This document shows positions 38,900-51,871 of a DNA stretch of 64,000 nucleotides, piece by piece (the stretch's first letter is position 1; every line of letters starts with the position of its first letter). Origin of the DNA: Octopus sinensis (Eukaryota); assembly GCF_006345805.1 (NCBI RefSeq), contig NC_043010.1, forward strand, positions 62,310,001 through 62,374,000, written 5' to 3'. The position numbers and the translations under genes were made by a program. The notes under the pieces are model-generated. The model saw nothing but the letters and a program-made list of their open reading frames with translations, was not told the DNA's origin and ran no database searches.

Positions 38900-39825
38900 A
38901 GGTTCATCTGGTATCACAAATAAAAATTTTTCCAGATACTCATTGAAGATCTCCGCATTTACACATCACAAATTCTTGAGGCTGTTTGGCAGAATGTCGA
39001 ACAGTTGGGGACCCTTGTAACCTAAGCTGTTACAATACTGGCTCCATATTCTAGATGGAGAAGTCGGGATCTTTGGTTCTATGCAGTACCATTCAGTCTG
39101 ATGATTGGAATAGCTTTAAATTCCAAAGTTGGGAGCCAGATCTTCCAGGGTCTTCCATACCACTGCATATCTTCCACACCTTCTCCTTGGAAGTAGAGCA
39201 TCAATTCCTTTAGCCTGTCCGAGAAGCTCATATGTTTCTCTGAATCAGTCTTTGTGTAGTGGTTGCTTCAAGTTCCGCCGACATGAGTGGGGAGACATAA
39301 ATCAGACAACTGAGAATGAAAGTTCTCCCTAAGGGTAGTGTAGTACCTTTTTTTCTGATTCTGAATGATCTCGGAATCCATCCAGCTCTTCACCTGTACA
39401 ATACTGCCATCTCAATAATGTGCTCATGGAATGTTGCATGCTTTCTCATGTGGATTCTCTGGTCACACCACCTCTGACTCAGTGAATGCTCTACCCTCTA
39501 GCCCTCTGTATTCTGATTCTAGTCTGTTTGTGAGCCAACAGTGGAGGGCTTGAACATTCTCAGCATTCAACTGCATGTTATTTTTCATCAGCCCTTTTGC
39601 AGGGTGTTTGGCAGTGTCAGTCATCAGGGTCAATAATAATTTTGTGTCATCAATATGGCTGGTGAGAGTGGCTGAGGGAACCACCACAAACAGTAGGGGT
39701 CCCAATACAGTTCCTTGAGGGATTCCACTGAGAATTGATCTTCCCAAAGAGAACAACATCGGCTGCAATTGTCTGACTCTTGCCTTATAGGAAGTCGTAC
39801 CACCACTTCCCTGACTGGCTTCCAT
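38900..39825 (-). pseudogene. CR1-like LINE RT remnant
   Basis: SGIPQGTVLGPLLFVV and IDDTKL (degenerate YADD) in the minus ORF at 39463-39825; several frameshifts. Confidence 0.75.
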
Positions 39826-41786
39826 GCTGGTGGCAGGTAAAAAGCACTATCCGAATATGATCAATGCTAGGCCTGCCTGACTGGCTCCTGTGCTGGTGGC
39901 ATGTAAAAAGCACCCACTACACTCTCTGAGTGGTTGGCATTAGGAAGGGCATCCAGCTGTAGAAACACTGCCAGATCAGATTGGATCCTGGTACAGCCAC
40001 TGGCTTTCCAGACCGCAGTCAAACCGTCCAACCCATGCCAGCATAGAAAACAGACGTTAAACAATGATGATGATGACAATGATATATGTATACATATGTA
40101 TGTGTATATATGTATATATATATATATATATATATCTATATATATATATATCTATATATATATATATATATATACACTATGTAAATGGCAATTTCTGTCT
40201 GTTTGTGGCTGTGTATGTTTGTGAATTTTGTTACTATAACTCCACCGATACTATCCAACTGATCTTGATAAAACTTGACATGTGTGGGGCTTATGTGCTC
40301 ACAAACTTGGAATTTTTTAAAAAATCAATAATTTTTAATCAGCATCGATTTTTTTTCAAAAATCAATAGGACATTCAAAATGCAAATTCTCATAGGATTG
40401 TTATTTTCTTCCATAACTTTTAAAGTCTTCGACTAATTTTCTTGAAATTTTATACACAGGTGGAATATGCACTAAGGACGGGTTGAGACGAATATATTTT
40501 TACCTAGGTCACTCAAGCAAAGTGTAAGATGATTTTTGATTAACTGATTAACAAAATTTCACCTAAATTGTTGTGGGGTTAAAATATTCATTAACTCTTT
40601 TAACATTCTGAGGTTGCTGTAACAGGTATTTTCTTAACACCTTCACTTAAAATTGTTGGGTCTAACCGTTGCAATCAATATTTGATTTTCACGATCAGTG
40701 GAACTATACCCAGGAAACACAGACATCAACTTAAGTGCTGTGCACTTAGAATTTTCTCTCAGGTTGCAAGAGAATTTGCTTTTTTTCCCTCTTCATAGCA
40801 TCTTACGACTCTATGACCGCCACATTGTCGCCTCTGCTCTCCAAATGTTTCTGTAAGTATAAAATCTCTTTTCACTAAATAATTTTTTGTTTACTTTTCA
40901 AACTTTTATGTTCTTTTTTTTCATAGCACTCCTTTACAATTCCCTTCGTTATGTTTCCATCGATTATATATTTCCACTCATCTGACCAAACGATTGTCAT
41001 TTTCTAATTCCACACATATTTATTTGTATTATTGTTTTGTGAATGAATTTGCTTACGCCTTCTATTATCTGTCCTATGTCTTGATTTACACTTTCCGTCT
41101 GAGAGAAATTAGGCATTGTAATGGGTACTGGGAATATCCCTGCTCCTGGGCATTACTGGGTACCTCAGCTAGTATATGTGTGTGTGTGTGTGTGGCATTA
41201 TGCCATGCTTCAGAAAAAGACCCGTCTAGCCAACTAAAATCTCTGTCATGGCAGTTACTGGTGTGACACAAATGGCACGTAAAAGCACCCATTACGCTCA
41301 TGGTGTGGTTGGCGTTAGAAACCACGCCAAATCAAACTGGAGTATGGTGCAGCTTTCCAGCTTACCAGCCCTGATCAAACCGTCTTTCCCATACCAGCAT
41401 GGACAACGGATGTTGATAATGATGATGATGATGATAATGTTATATACATGCACACACACACCCACACACAAAACTGGTTTAGGCATTTTAAGGAAGGCAA
41501 CACCAGCCTTAAAAATAAACCAAATTTAGGGTGACATTCTGTTGTTGAAGAGGAGGCTTTGCTTAAACAACAGCCAAACACCACCAGCACCTAACATTAT
41601 CGGCAGAAGTTGATCTTTGACAAAACACCATCAGCCAACCCTTCCATAAGCTCAGTCTTGTAAACAGACTCTGTCAGGAAGTTCTTCAGACGCTGACCAA
41701 TGACCAGGCTCAGCAATGTGTGGACATTTGCAAACAACCACCGGCAAATCCTTGAAATATTTGTTTTTGGAGTTGAACTGTAACTC

Positions 41787-42115
41787 ATCATCATCATCAT
41801 CATCATTTAACATCCGCTTTCCATGCTGGCATGGGTTGGACAGTTTGACTGAAGGCTGGCGAACCAGATGGCTGCACTAGGCTCCAGTCTGATATGGTAA
41901 TGTTTCTACAGCTGGATGCCCTTCCTAATGCCAACCACTCTGAGAGTTTAGCAGATGCTTTTTACATGCCACCAGCATGGGAGCCAGTCAGGCTGCACTG
42001 GCAATGATCACGTTTGATTGGTGCTTTTTACATGCCACTCGCATGGGTGCCAATCAGTGGGTACTGTCATTGGCCACAACAATGACTTCACTTGCCTCGA
42101 CAGGTCTTCGCAGAT
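41787..42115 (-). mobile_element. RTE-LINE 3'UTR fragment
   Basis: (CAT)n followed by the reverse complement of the RTE tail and internal repeats. Other copies at about 15412-15590, 16670-16880, 39830-40075, 41270-41435 and 54475-54650. Confidence 0.75.
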
Positions 42116-43075
42116 CCTCTTCCAAAGCTCCTCTACCAGAAAGTTAAAGATGTGGGGTGAGAGAGCATAATGTGTCCTACCCATAAATGAGGAAGCCAAG
42201 CAAATGCTAAAATTGACAGATCCGTTTCTCTAATCTCACATATCAACAAAGCCATGGAATGAATTCGCAGGAGGAAGCTGATCGTGTCCTGGAAGATAAT
42301 GACTTGTTTCCTGACACGCAGCATGGCTCCCACTCAGGAGGAAGCTGCTTTACACGGCTTCGGCAGTATTATGACCGGGTGTTGAATCAACTTAGGAATC
42401 TCTCAAATGTGGATGTGATGTATCTTGATTTTACAAAAGCTTTTGATAAGGTTTTGATAACAGTCACAAGGAGAGGGGTTACATGACTTCTTAAAAGACA
42501 GAAGTCTGACTGTATTGGCCAATGGAGCCCTCTTCAGGGAGAAATTAGTAGTGAGTGGAATGTCTGAGGGATCTGTCCTGGGGCTGCCGTTAGTTACACA
42601 GGCAGCCCCTCTCACTAGTTTTGCCAATGGCACAAAGTAATGCAAATAGTGAAGAAACCTCTCAATGCTAATCTTCTCCAGAAAGATCTGTTCAAAAGAG
42701 CAGCTAAGGAAAGGACATGCAATTTAATGCAGGAAAATTCCAAGTTCTCTGCTATCAGCCAACTTTTGATGACATGCCACAAAAAGATATTTTGAACCAA
42801 AAAATCCCTGAGTCAAAACACAATGCAGGGATTGAACAACGGTGCATCATTTCATGTACCTATCACCAAGATAATGGTAATGTGCAGGTAAATAGACATG
42901 TAGAGTCTGAGAACAAAGGAGCAGAAAAATATGCTGGTCCCATGGAAGACATTTGTCCTCAGCTGTTTGGATTACTGATCCCAAATATGGTCACCCCAAC
43001 AGTGTCAAACTAATAGTGGAACTCAGGGCAGTTCAGTGGCGCAAAACCTAGAAAACAACATTAAGATTGGGCAAT
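42115..43075 (+). pseudogene. CR1-like LINE RT remnant
   Basis: QHGSHSGGSCFTRL...VDVMYLDFTKAFDKV (ORF 42259-42486), followed by degenerate downstream RT sequence. Confidence 0.8.
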
Positions 43076-44024
43076 GGTAGTTTCATATCAAACAACAAAC
43101 CATTATGCCCCATTTTGGGTATTTATACCCTGAAAACCCCTAATATCTCAACAACCATTTGTCCGATTTATGTGAAACTTGTTTTAGTCTGTCTTCACAT
43201 TTCAGGGGGAATTTAATTCATAGTATTTTCCCCTTATGTGCCAGTTTGGCTGAGTAACAATGCAAGCAAGATTCAAGCTCACTTTGAATGTATTATAGAT
43301 GTATATAAGTACATGTATATACTTGCATATATATATATGTGTGTGTAAGGACACATAGTCAAGTGGTTAGGGTGTTGTACTTATGAACATGAGATCATAG
43401 TTTCAATTCCTAGCCCAGGCGGTGCATTGTGTTCTGGAACCAAACACCTCATCTCACATTGCTCTGCAATCACTTTGACACCCGACACGTAGTATACCGT
43501 GCACCGGTTCAGACAACATTGATTCGATGGAGAGAGTGAGCCAATGTACAGCAGACACATTTGATCACTATGAAAAAAATCATTTGTGGTGGTCACCAGG
43601 CGGCAAAAGTTGAACACTTATATGTCATCTTTGACAGGAAAGTCCGTCATATGCGCAGGGTTGAGGCTGAATTTGGTAACTTGCTTTGTTATGTGCTTTC
43701 AGTTATACATAAACGTGTGTTATGTACGTAAGTGTGTGGAAGAGAAGTGGAGAGAAGAAAACGAGGGAAAATGCAGGCGAAAGGGGAGCATCACATACAT
43801 GTATAACTGCATATATATGTGTGTGTGTGTGTGTCTGTGCATATATATACACCAATCTTGTGTTTTACCAATATAACACACCCAGACAAGTTTACTTGAC
43901 TGAAACAGAAAACAGCCTCCACTGATCTCTTATAAATAGCAATTCTACACAATGTATTAAGTGTATTTTGTAAACAAGTGTATATAATGAATGTATGTAT
44001 ATATATATATATATAATTACTACA

Positions 44025-44401
44025 GTACTCTGTCGGTTACGATGACAAGGGTTCCAGTTGATCCGGTCAACAGAACAGCCTGCTATTGAAATAAATGTGC
44101 AAGTGGCTGAGCACTCCACTGTCACGTGTACCCTTAACATAGTTCTCAGGGAGATTCAGCGTGATACAGAGTGTGACATGGCTGGTCCTTTGAAATACAG
44201 GTACAACAGAAACAGGAAGGAAGAGTGAGAGAAAGTTGTGGTGAAAGAATACAGCAGGGTTGTCACCACCCCTTGCTGGAGCCTCGTAGGGCTTTAGGTG
44301 TTTTTGCTCAATAAACACTCACCACGCTCGGTCTGGGAATTGAAACCGCGATCCTATGATCACGAGTCCGCTGCCCTAACCACTGGGCCATTGTGCCTCC
44401 A
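44025..44401 (-). mobile_element. Family-R SINE
   Basis: Reverse complement of 19622-19999. Confidence 0.85.
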
Positions 44402-47400
44402 TATATACATATAGATAGATAGATAGATAGACAGACACACATGCAATCATGCTTGTGTGTGACATGATGTAAGTCAACTGACATTTGAAAGTTGCAGTTG
44501 TGTCATATACACTCTTGGAGTGTGCTGAGTTATGTCAAACTTCATTTATCTTGTTGTTTCAGTCATGAGACTGTGGCCAGACTGGAGCACCCCTTTAGAG
44601 AATTTCTAGTCTAATTAATCAACCTTTTTTAAAGCCTAGTGCTAATTTTGATCTCTGTTGCCGAACTGCTAAGTTATGGGGACGTAAACAACCCAACACC
44701 AGTTATCTACTAATGGTTGGGAGAGACACACACACACACACACAAACGATAGCCTTCTTTCAGTTTCTATCTACCAAATCCACTCAAGAGGCTTTGGTCA
44801 GCCCAAGATTATAATAGAAGGCAATTGGCCAAGGTGCCACACAGTGGGACTGAACCCACAATCATTTGGATGGGAAGCTATTTGTAAACTTTATTGAAAC
44901 ATATCATTGCTAGAACAGCCAATTCCACATACTTCCATTGAGGCAGATCTTCCACAGCCAGATGTTATTCTTGGCAGTAACTCTCATAACCATGTTTTAA
45001 GTACAAAATTAGAAACGAACGACACTGCTTGTATGACGGTGGCACTTATTTACGAACATTATGTGATGTGAAGACAAACCAACACACGCAATGGAGCTCT
45101 TAGTTTCTGTCTACCAAATCTTCTCGTCAGGCTTTGGTCTACTTGAGGCTGTCACAAACATATAAAATATATCAAGGTTTTATGTAAACAACATTAAATA
45201 AGCACTTTAGAACTTCGTATATTGGTAGAATGTGTCACAGAAAACATCTTTCTCTCTTGGCGTTCTTGAGAAAATACTGTAGTTTGTAAGCTATTTCTTG
45301 TTTAATTATTCGTATTTCGGCAATTTCAACCAATCAATGACGTCTATTGAGGTGAATACAATTACTGCTGTTGTTTGTCAAGAAGTTGAACAAGAAATTG
45401 CCGAAATACAAGAATTTAACAAGAAATATCTTACAAACTACAGAATTTTCTCAAGAAAGCCAAGAGAAAAAGATGTTTTATGTAACACATTCTACCAGTA
45501 TACGAAGTTTAAAAGTGTTTAGTTACAAAGAAATTATTTTTAAAATCTGCCGATCAAAGCGAAAAGATCCAATAATAATAATAATAAATAGAAAGAAACT
45601 AGAAAGACATCGGCGACAGTGAAATTATTCGCTTGTTTTTATTCCTCCAACATTGATCCCCCAGTTTAGTTATAACCCCGGTCCAACCAGTCTCTCCCTC
45701 CCCATTGCTAACCAACCCAGCTGCCGAACATATTTGGTTTGCTTTTTCTTTCTTCCCCTTTTTTTTTTTTTGTTTCATTTACTTTCGGCCCCCTTTTTAA
45801 GCAAGATTACAAAATAAATTAAGGGTTACGGATCATTTCAATGACGACGACATAAAAAGACATTTACCAGAAAGGTAGCACAGAGGGAAGGGAGTTAATC
45901 CGCCTTGTGAAACGGGCCGGATATCAAATTACCTCCCTTTAATTTAGTGTCTGTGTCTTATGAGCGTCCTTCCTTGATGTTTTCAAGTGGGCAAAATTTG
46001 TCCTTACAAAAAAAGAAAAACACTCAGAATTCATTTGACCCACTTTTTCACTCCTTTTGTCATTTTTATTATTTCTCCGAAGATTTTTATCTTTTTTTTT
46101 TAGTAAAATATCTTCCAGCTATTTTTGCCACAAAATCGCATTTTACACCATTTTTTCTCATTTTGACGTGATTTTGCAATTTTTTTCCTTTTTATAATTA
46201 ATGTTTGGTGGTGGTATTTTGAGTCTGACCTCCAGATGATGAATTTGATAATAATAATAATAATGGTTTCAAATTTTGGCACAAGGCCAGCAATTTCGGA
46301 TGGGTGGGGTGAAGTTGCTTACAGCAACCCCAGTGCTCGACTGGTACTTATTTTATCGACCCCGAAAGGATGAAAGGCAAAGTTGACCTCAGCAGAATTT
46401 GAACTCGGAACATAGTGAGTCAAAAGAAATGCTTGCTAAGCACTTTGCTCAACACACTAACGATTTCGCTACCTTGCTGCCGTAATAATAACACAAAGGT
46501 TTTGAAATTCTGGTGAAGCCCAGGAATTTTGAGGGGCGGGGGGGGGGGAGGCAAGTCGATTTCCTTGACTCCAGTGACTGGGACTTTATTTGATCAACCA
46601 TAAAAAGGATGAAAAGCAAAGTCGACTTTGACAGAATTTGAAGTTAGGATGTAAGAAATCTGTGAAAATACTGCTAAGCATTTTTCTTCAGCAAGCCAAA
46701 GATTCCATCAGTTTGCCACCTTAAAAAAAGAACATAAAAAAAAAACAATGAAAATAAACAATTGCCTGTTAGACAAAAATGAAACCGGAGAAAATTTCCT
46801 TCCTCGGAGTTGTGGCCTTCTTGCCTTTTTCCAGAAGAATTAGTAATGTTAAATGAAAACAATTCCAGCAATGAAAAATAAAGAAATTGTAAAATCGACT
46901 CAATTTGTTAAGGAATTACCACCACCACATCACAGGGATTGCCACAGCGATTGATTAAATGGCTTCATTAAAGTCTTTTGCGAAAATGCCTCCATGTTCT
47001 TTGATTGAGTTTTAATTCTGTGTGGCGTATCTTTTGTCTTTCACAATACATTTCCGTTTTGTTGGCAACTTCTGATTTCTTTTTCCTTCCATCTGGCATG
47101 TCTTCGTGTCTTTTAACAATGTCTTCAGCTTTTCTGTGACATATCTCTCATTAACAAACCTATCGGTAGGTACCTTTACGTCTTCCACAATATTCCTAAG
47201 AATCCATTATCTATCCACGTCTTTCGCAGTGTCTCCTTGTATCATTCTCCGACACAATTCAACAACTTTCATAGAACTTCCCATGACTTATCCAGAATAT
47301 ACATTTTATGTATTTTTTCCAAAATAATCATATCCATGTGTTTGTCAGTCAACCACCACCATGTTCTTTCGTTTCCCCTCACCCCACAAGCAGCAGCTCT

Positions 47401-48676
47401 CTCTCTCTCCATCTCACCACCTCCAATCATCATTTCATTAAAAATCCACCAACAGGCAGCCATATTTTACCACTGATATAGCAATATTTTTTTGCTATTT
47501 TTTTAGTCAATGTAACATCTTTTTCTTCTGATTTTGTGTTCAAATTGTTTTAAAAAAAACACAAAGAAAAAAAAACCCCAAACAATAAATCTGAGTGACA
47601 AATTATGGTGTATTTACATATGTTTATGTTTGTAGTAATAATATATATGATTGTGTCTGCCAAAGATTTATATATTATATATGTGTGTGTGTGCTTGTGA
47701 TACATATATATATATATACATATGTATATATGGTTGTGTGTGAGTGTCTAACAAGGCATGAAACCCTACCTAATGTTCCGTGCAAGCCAACCTTGTATAG
47801 AGATATTTGGTGTGCATAAATATATATATATATATTTGTATATATATATTATATATGTGTGCACACACTCACCACACACAAACTGTAGGTAGTTACTGAA
47901 AAAGTTCTTTTTTCTTTATCTTCTTCCCTTTTGATCATCTCCAAAAGAAATAAGACGAGATTCCTCTCTTTGCTATAGCATCAGAATACTGTATATTATT
48001 ATTATTATTATTATTTTCCTTGATATTGTCCTTGTAATAGTAGTAGCAGCAGCAGCAGTTTCTATACACACACGCACGCGTGTACATTGTGCTGTGTGTA
48101 TACACTGGTATTGTATGCTTGTTTTTATGATATTTCTTGGGATTCAGCCACCTTTTTCACTACAATCAATATGTGCCTTTTCTATTGATGTCCCTTCCAC
48201 TCAACACTCATAGGACGCAGCACATATATGAGCCCTTTTACATACAAAATGTTTCAGGTTCAAATCTGACTCCTGACATCTCCACTGGCATTTAAAACAA
48301 AAAAAAACCTTTTTTTTAAATTCTTTTCCTGCAGAAAGTTTTAAAGATTGAAAAAAGGAAGAAAAACGACCCATATTTTCTCAAAAGATATCTCCAACAT
48401 TGGTCTGCAGTTTTTGTTGTTTTTTTTCCTGGTTCAGAATATACTGGAAGAAACATGACACTTTTTCCGTTCAATGTTTCATTTTCCGTTCTTCTGGTTT
48501 TCCTTCCTTTCTTTCCTTTTCGTTTTTTCCAGCAAATGGAAACAATAACGTGGATATGTGTGCGCGTATGCATCTGCGTGTATACATAAAGCCACACACA
48601 TACATACACAGACATATATACACATACATATACACACACACTGCAGGTAATGTGTGTGTATACATACCAACGTGTA

Positions 48677-48709
<33 letters not shown>

Positions 48710-49524
48710 ATATAAAAACATGCACACCCCACACACCCATGCATATATATATATATATAAATAAATATATATATACGTATATATAAACACGTGTGCAAGT
48801 ATGTAACATGTAAATATATATATATATATATATATACATACACTTAACCAACAAGTGTGTAGGTGTGCAAATATACATACACCCTGCCACACACCCATGC
48901 ATATACACATGTATATCTCTATATACACCCACATGTATAGACATGAGCAAATGAGACCTCTTTGCAACTGAGAACGCTAATGAATTTACACAGCAGAACT
49001 TGACATTTGCAAACAATACAAGTTGTGATTAAAAATGCGACCAAGTGCCCACGATGGAAACGGAACCCTGCATCCGTAAGTTACCGGCTTTTTATCTCTA
49101 CATTACGAGGAGTCTAGCCTAGCCCCTAATTAGCAATGCTGTGTAAATCCTGGTTGCATCATGACAAACCTGTGCTGACGACTTAACGTTCTCAGTCGAA
49201 TAAGAAAAACATTTGTGTGGTTCAATGAAGAAGCCATGAATCAATGCTGATGTCTCTCGTAATGTATGCATTATGAACGGTCACCTCTTTAGTAAGAGGT
49301 GCAGGGTTCAATTCCCATTCGAGGACGCGATCGCATTTTTATTTTTGAAATGTATTGTTCACAAATGTTTATCGATATGTGTGTATCAATGTGTATATAT
49401 AAGTAGACACACACACAAGCATATATACATGTATATATGATATATATGCAGATATATGCATGCATATATATATATATATATATACACGTGTATGTGTACA
49501 TATATGCATATACATATATATATT

Positions 49525-49752
49525 TCTTTATTGCCCACAAGGGGCTAAACATAGAGGGGACAAACAAGGACAGACAAACGGATTAAGTCGATTATATCGA
49601 CCCCAGTGCGAAACTGGTACTTTATTTATTGACCCCGAAAGGATGAAAGGCAAAGTCGACCTCGGCGGAATCTGAACTCAGAACGTAACGACAGACGAAA
49701 TACCGCTAAGCATTTCGCCCCGGTGCGCTAACGTGTCTGCCAGCTCGCCGCT
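49525..49752 (-). mobile_element. Family-M SINE, tail type C, near-consensus with CpGs retained
   Basis: Reverse complement of 10837-11068 with most CpGs intact; flanked by (TA)n. Confidence 0.88.
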
Positions 49753-49903
49753 TTTAACGCATATATATATATATATATGTGTAACATATACATACACACC
49801 CACACATATTTCGAGCTAATTAATAATAACCTTGTTCGTGTATATCTGCGTGCGTACACACACATGCATGTGTACACACGCGTTTACTTACTTCATGGAA
49901 CAC

Positions 49904-51143
49904 TCATCCTTTCGGCGGAGGGGCCTTGTTCTGCTCCTGCGCCGCTACCGCCGCCACCGCCGCCGGCCCCCTGTTGTGAGTGCGTTCATGGACCTTCAGA
50001 TTAGTCTGGTGAGCAAAACCTTTGTTACAGACCGTGCACGTGAACGTCTTGGCAGCTTCACCGGTGTGTAGCCTCTCGTGGCACTTCAGGTTGGTCTGAT
50101 GGCTGAACGCATTCTCGCAGTACGCGCACTGGTAAGGTTTTTCACCCGTATGAGTCCTCTCATGATCTCGCAGGTTCGTTTGGTGACTGAACGCTTTCGT
50201 GCAGAAGCGACACTGGTACGGTCGCACGCCCGTATGGGTTCGTTCGTGATCTCGCAGGTTAGTCTGATGGCTGAACGCATTCTGACAGTAGGAACAACTG
50301 TAAGGCTTCTCGCCCGTGTGGGTCCTCTGGTGGTCCTTTAGGTTCGTCTGGTGACTGAATGCTTTATCACAGTATGTACACTGAAAGGGCTTCACGCCGG
50401 TGTGGGTCCTCTCGTGGTCTTTGAGATTCGTCTGATGGCTGAAGGCCTTGTCGCAATAGCTGCATCGATAGGGCTTGATACCAGTATGGATCCGCTGATG
50501 GTCCTTCAGGTTTGTCTGATGAGAAAACGCTTTACCACAGTATCCACAGTGGTACGGCTTGCAGCCCGTGTGCGTGCGCTCGTGGCTCTTCAGGTTGGTT
50601 TGGTGCGAGAAAGCCTTACTACATACGATGCACTTGAAAGGTTTTTCGCCAGTGTGTAAACGGAGATGTGACTTCAGGTTGGTCTGGTGCGCAAACATTT
50701 TCTCGCAGTAGACACACCGGAACGGCTTCTCGCCGGTGTGTGTGCGTAAATGGTCCTTGAGTCGAGCACGGATGGGGAATGCTTTACGGCAAAACGAACA
50801 ATAGAAGTGCTTGCCATCGTCGTTCAGCGTAGCAGCATGCTGGTGATTCAACAGGTCCGATCGTCGAGTGAAAGTCTTGCGGCAAACATCACACTTGTGT
50901 TGCTTCTCCTCTTTCTCACTACTCGTTGGGTGTCGTTTGATCATCATCATGTTCATGGCCGCATGCATGGTATGCATGGTATGGATGGCATTCATGTTCA
51001 TACCGACCATGCTGGCGTTCACTATCATGCCTGATGGCATACTCATATTCATTGTAGTGGCTGAAGAACTTGTCGAAGGCGGCTGTGAGTGTGGTGCTTG
51101 TGGTTGCTGCTGCTGTTGCTGTTGTTGTTGTTGCTGCTGTTGT

Positions 51144-51196
<53 letters not shown>

Positions 51197-51871
51197 CTGC
51201 TGCTGCTGTTGTTGCTGCTGCTGCTGTTGTTGTTGTTGCTGTTGTTGGGGAGGGGCTATGTTTACATTGCCTGCGATGCTCGTGGCTGGTGGCATGTTCG
51301 CAGCGGTGTTGGGACTCGGTCCCAGGTTCACGTTGAGGCCCGGGTTGACGTTTGTGTTCATGTTGGTGTTGTTCAAACCGACACCGAGGCCCTTACCACC
51401 GGTGCCACCGACACCACCTCCTGAATGAAGGGCATTCTGGTTAACCCCTCCGATATGCCCGTGGTGATGGTGGTGGTGATGATGATGATGTTGGTGGTTG
51501 CCAGTGCCCCCGGCACCGGCACCGCCCCCACTGCCACTGCAGTTGGTGTGTCGGGCGTGGCTGTGGGCGTGATGGTCATGGTGTCCACTGTGGGCGTGGC
51601 TGTGGGCATGACTGTGAGCATGGTGTGTGTGCCCAGCAGAAGGGTGTGGCCCCTTCAGTAAGTTGTCCCTGTAGAACACGTCGTTGCCTCGCATGTGTTC
51701 CATGCTGGTTGTCTGTCGACCGACATTAGTGCCACCGCTGCTGTTGGTGACACGGTTCCCTGCGCCACCCCTACCACCACTGCTGCTTGTATCTTGCCCT
51801 GCATTGGGATTATTTCCAGGCGGAACTAAACCAGTCCCGGAAGATGAATACATAGGTTGTAATGACTCCAT
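49904..51871 (-). CDS. C2H2 zinc-finger protein (ZNF-C): 11 fingers, polyQ48, His/Gly-rich N-terminus
   Basis: 655-aa ORF; one atypical and ten canonical fingers; acceptor TTCTACAG one base before the ATG (AG at 51874-51873). Confidence 0.93.

Noticed and set aside
38900-43075. Mirror arrangement CR1(-)/RTE(+) ... RTE(-)/CR1(+) as one composite element
   Set aside because: Junctions and CR1 segments differ on the two sides and there is no TSD; abundant families make coincidence likely.
49280-49330. 8-bp hairpin CACCTCTT-TAGT-AAGAGGTG followed by a B-box-like GGGTTCAATTCCC
   Set aside because: No D-arm or acceptor stem, single copy; most likely an eroded SINE head or chance.
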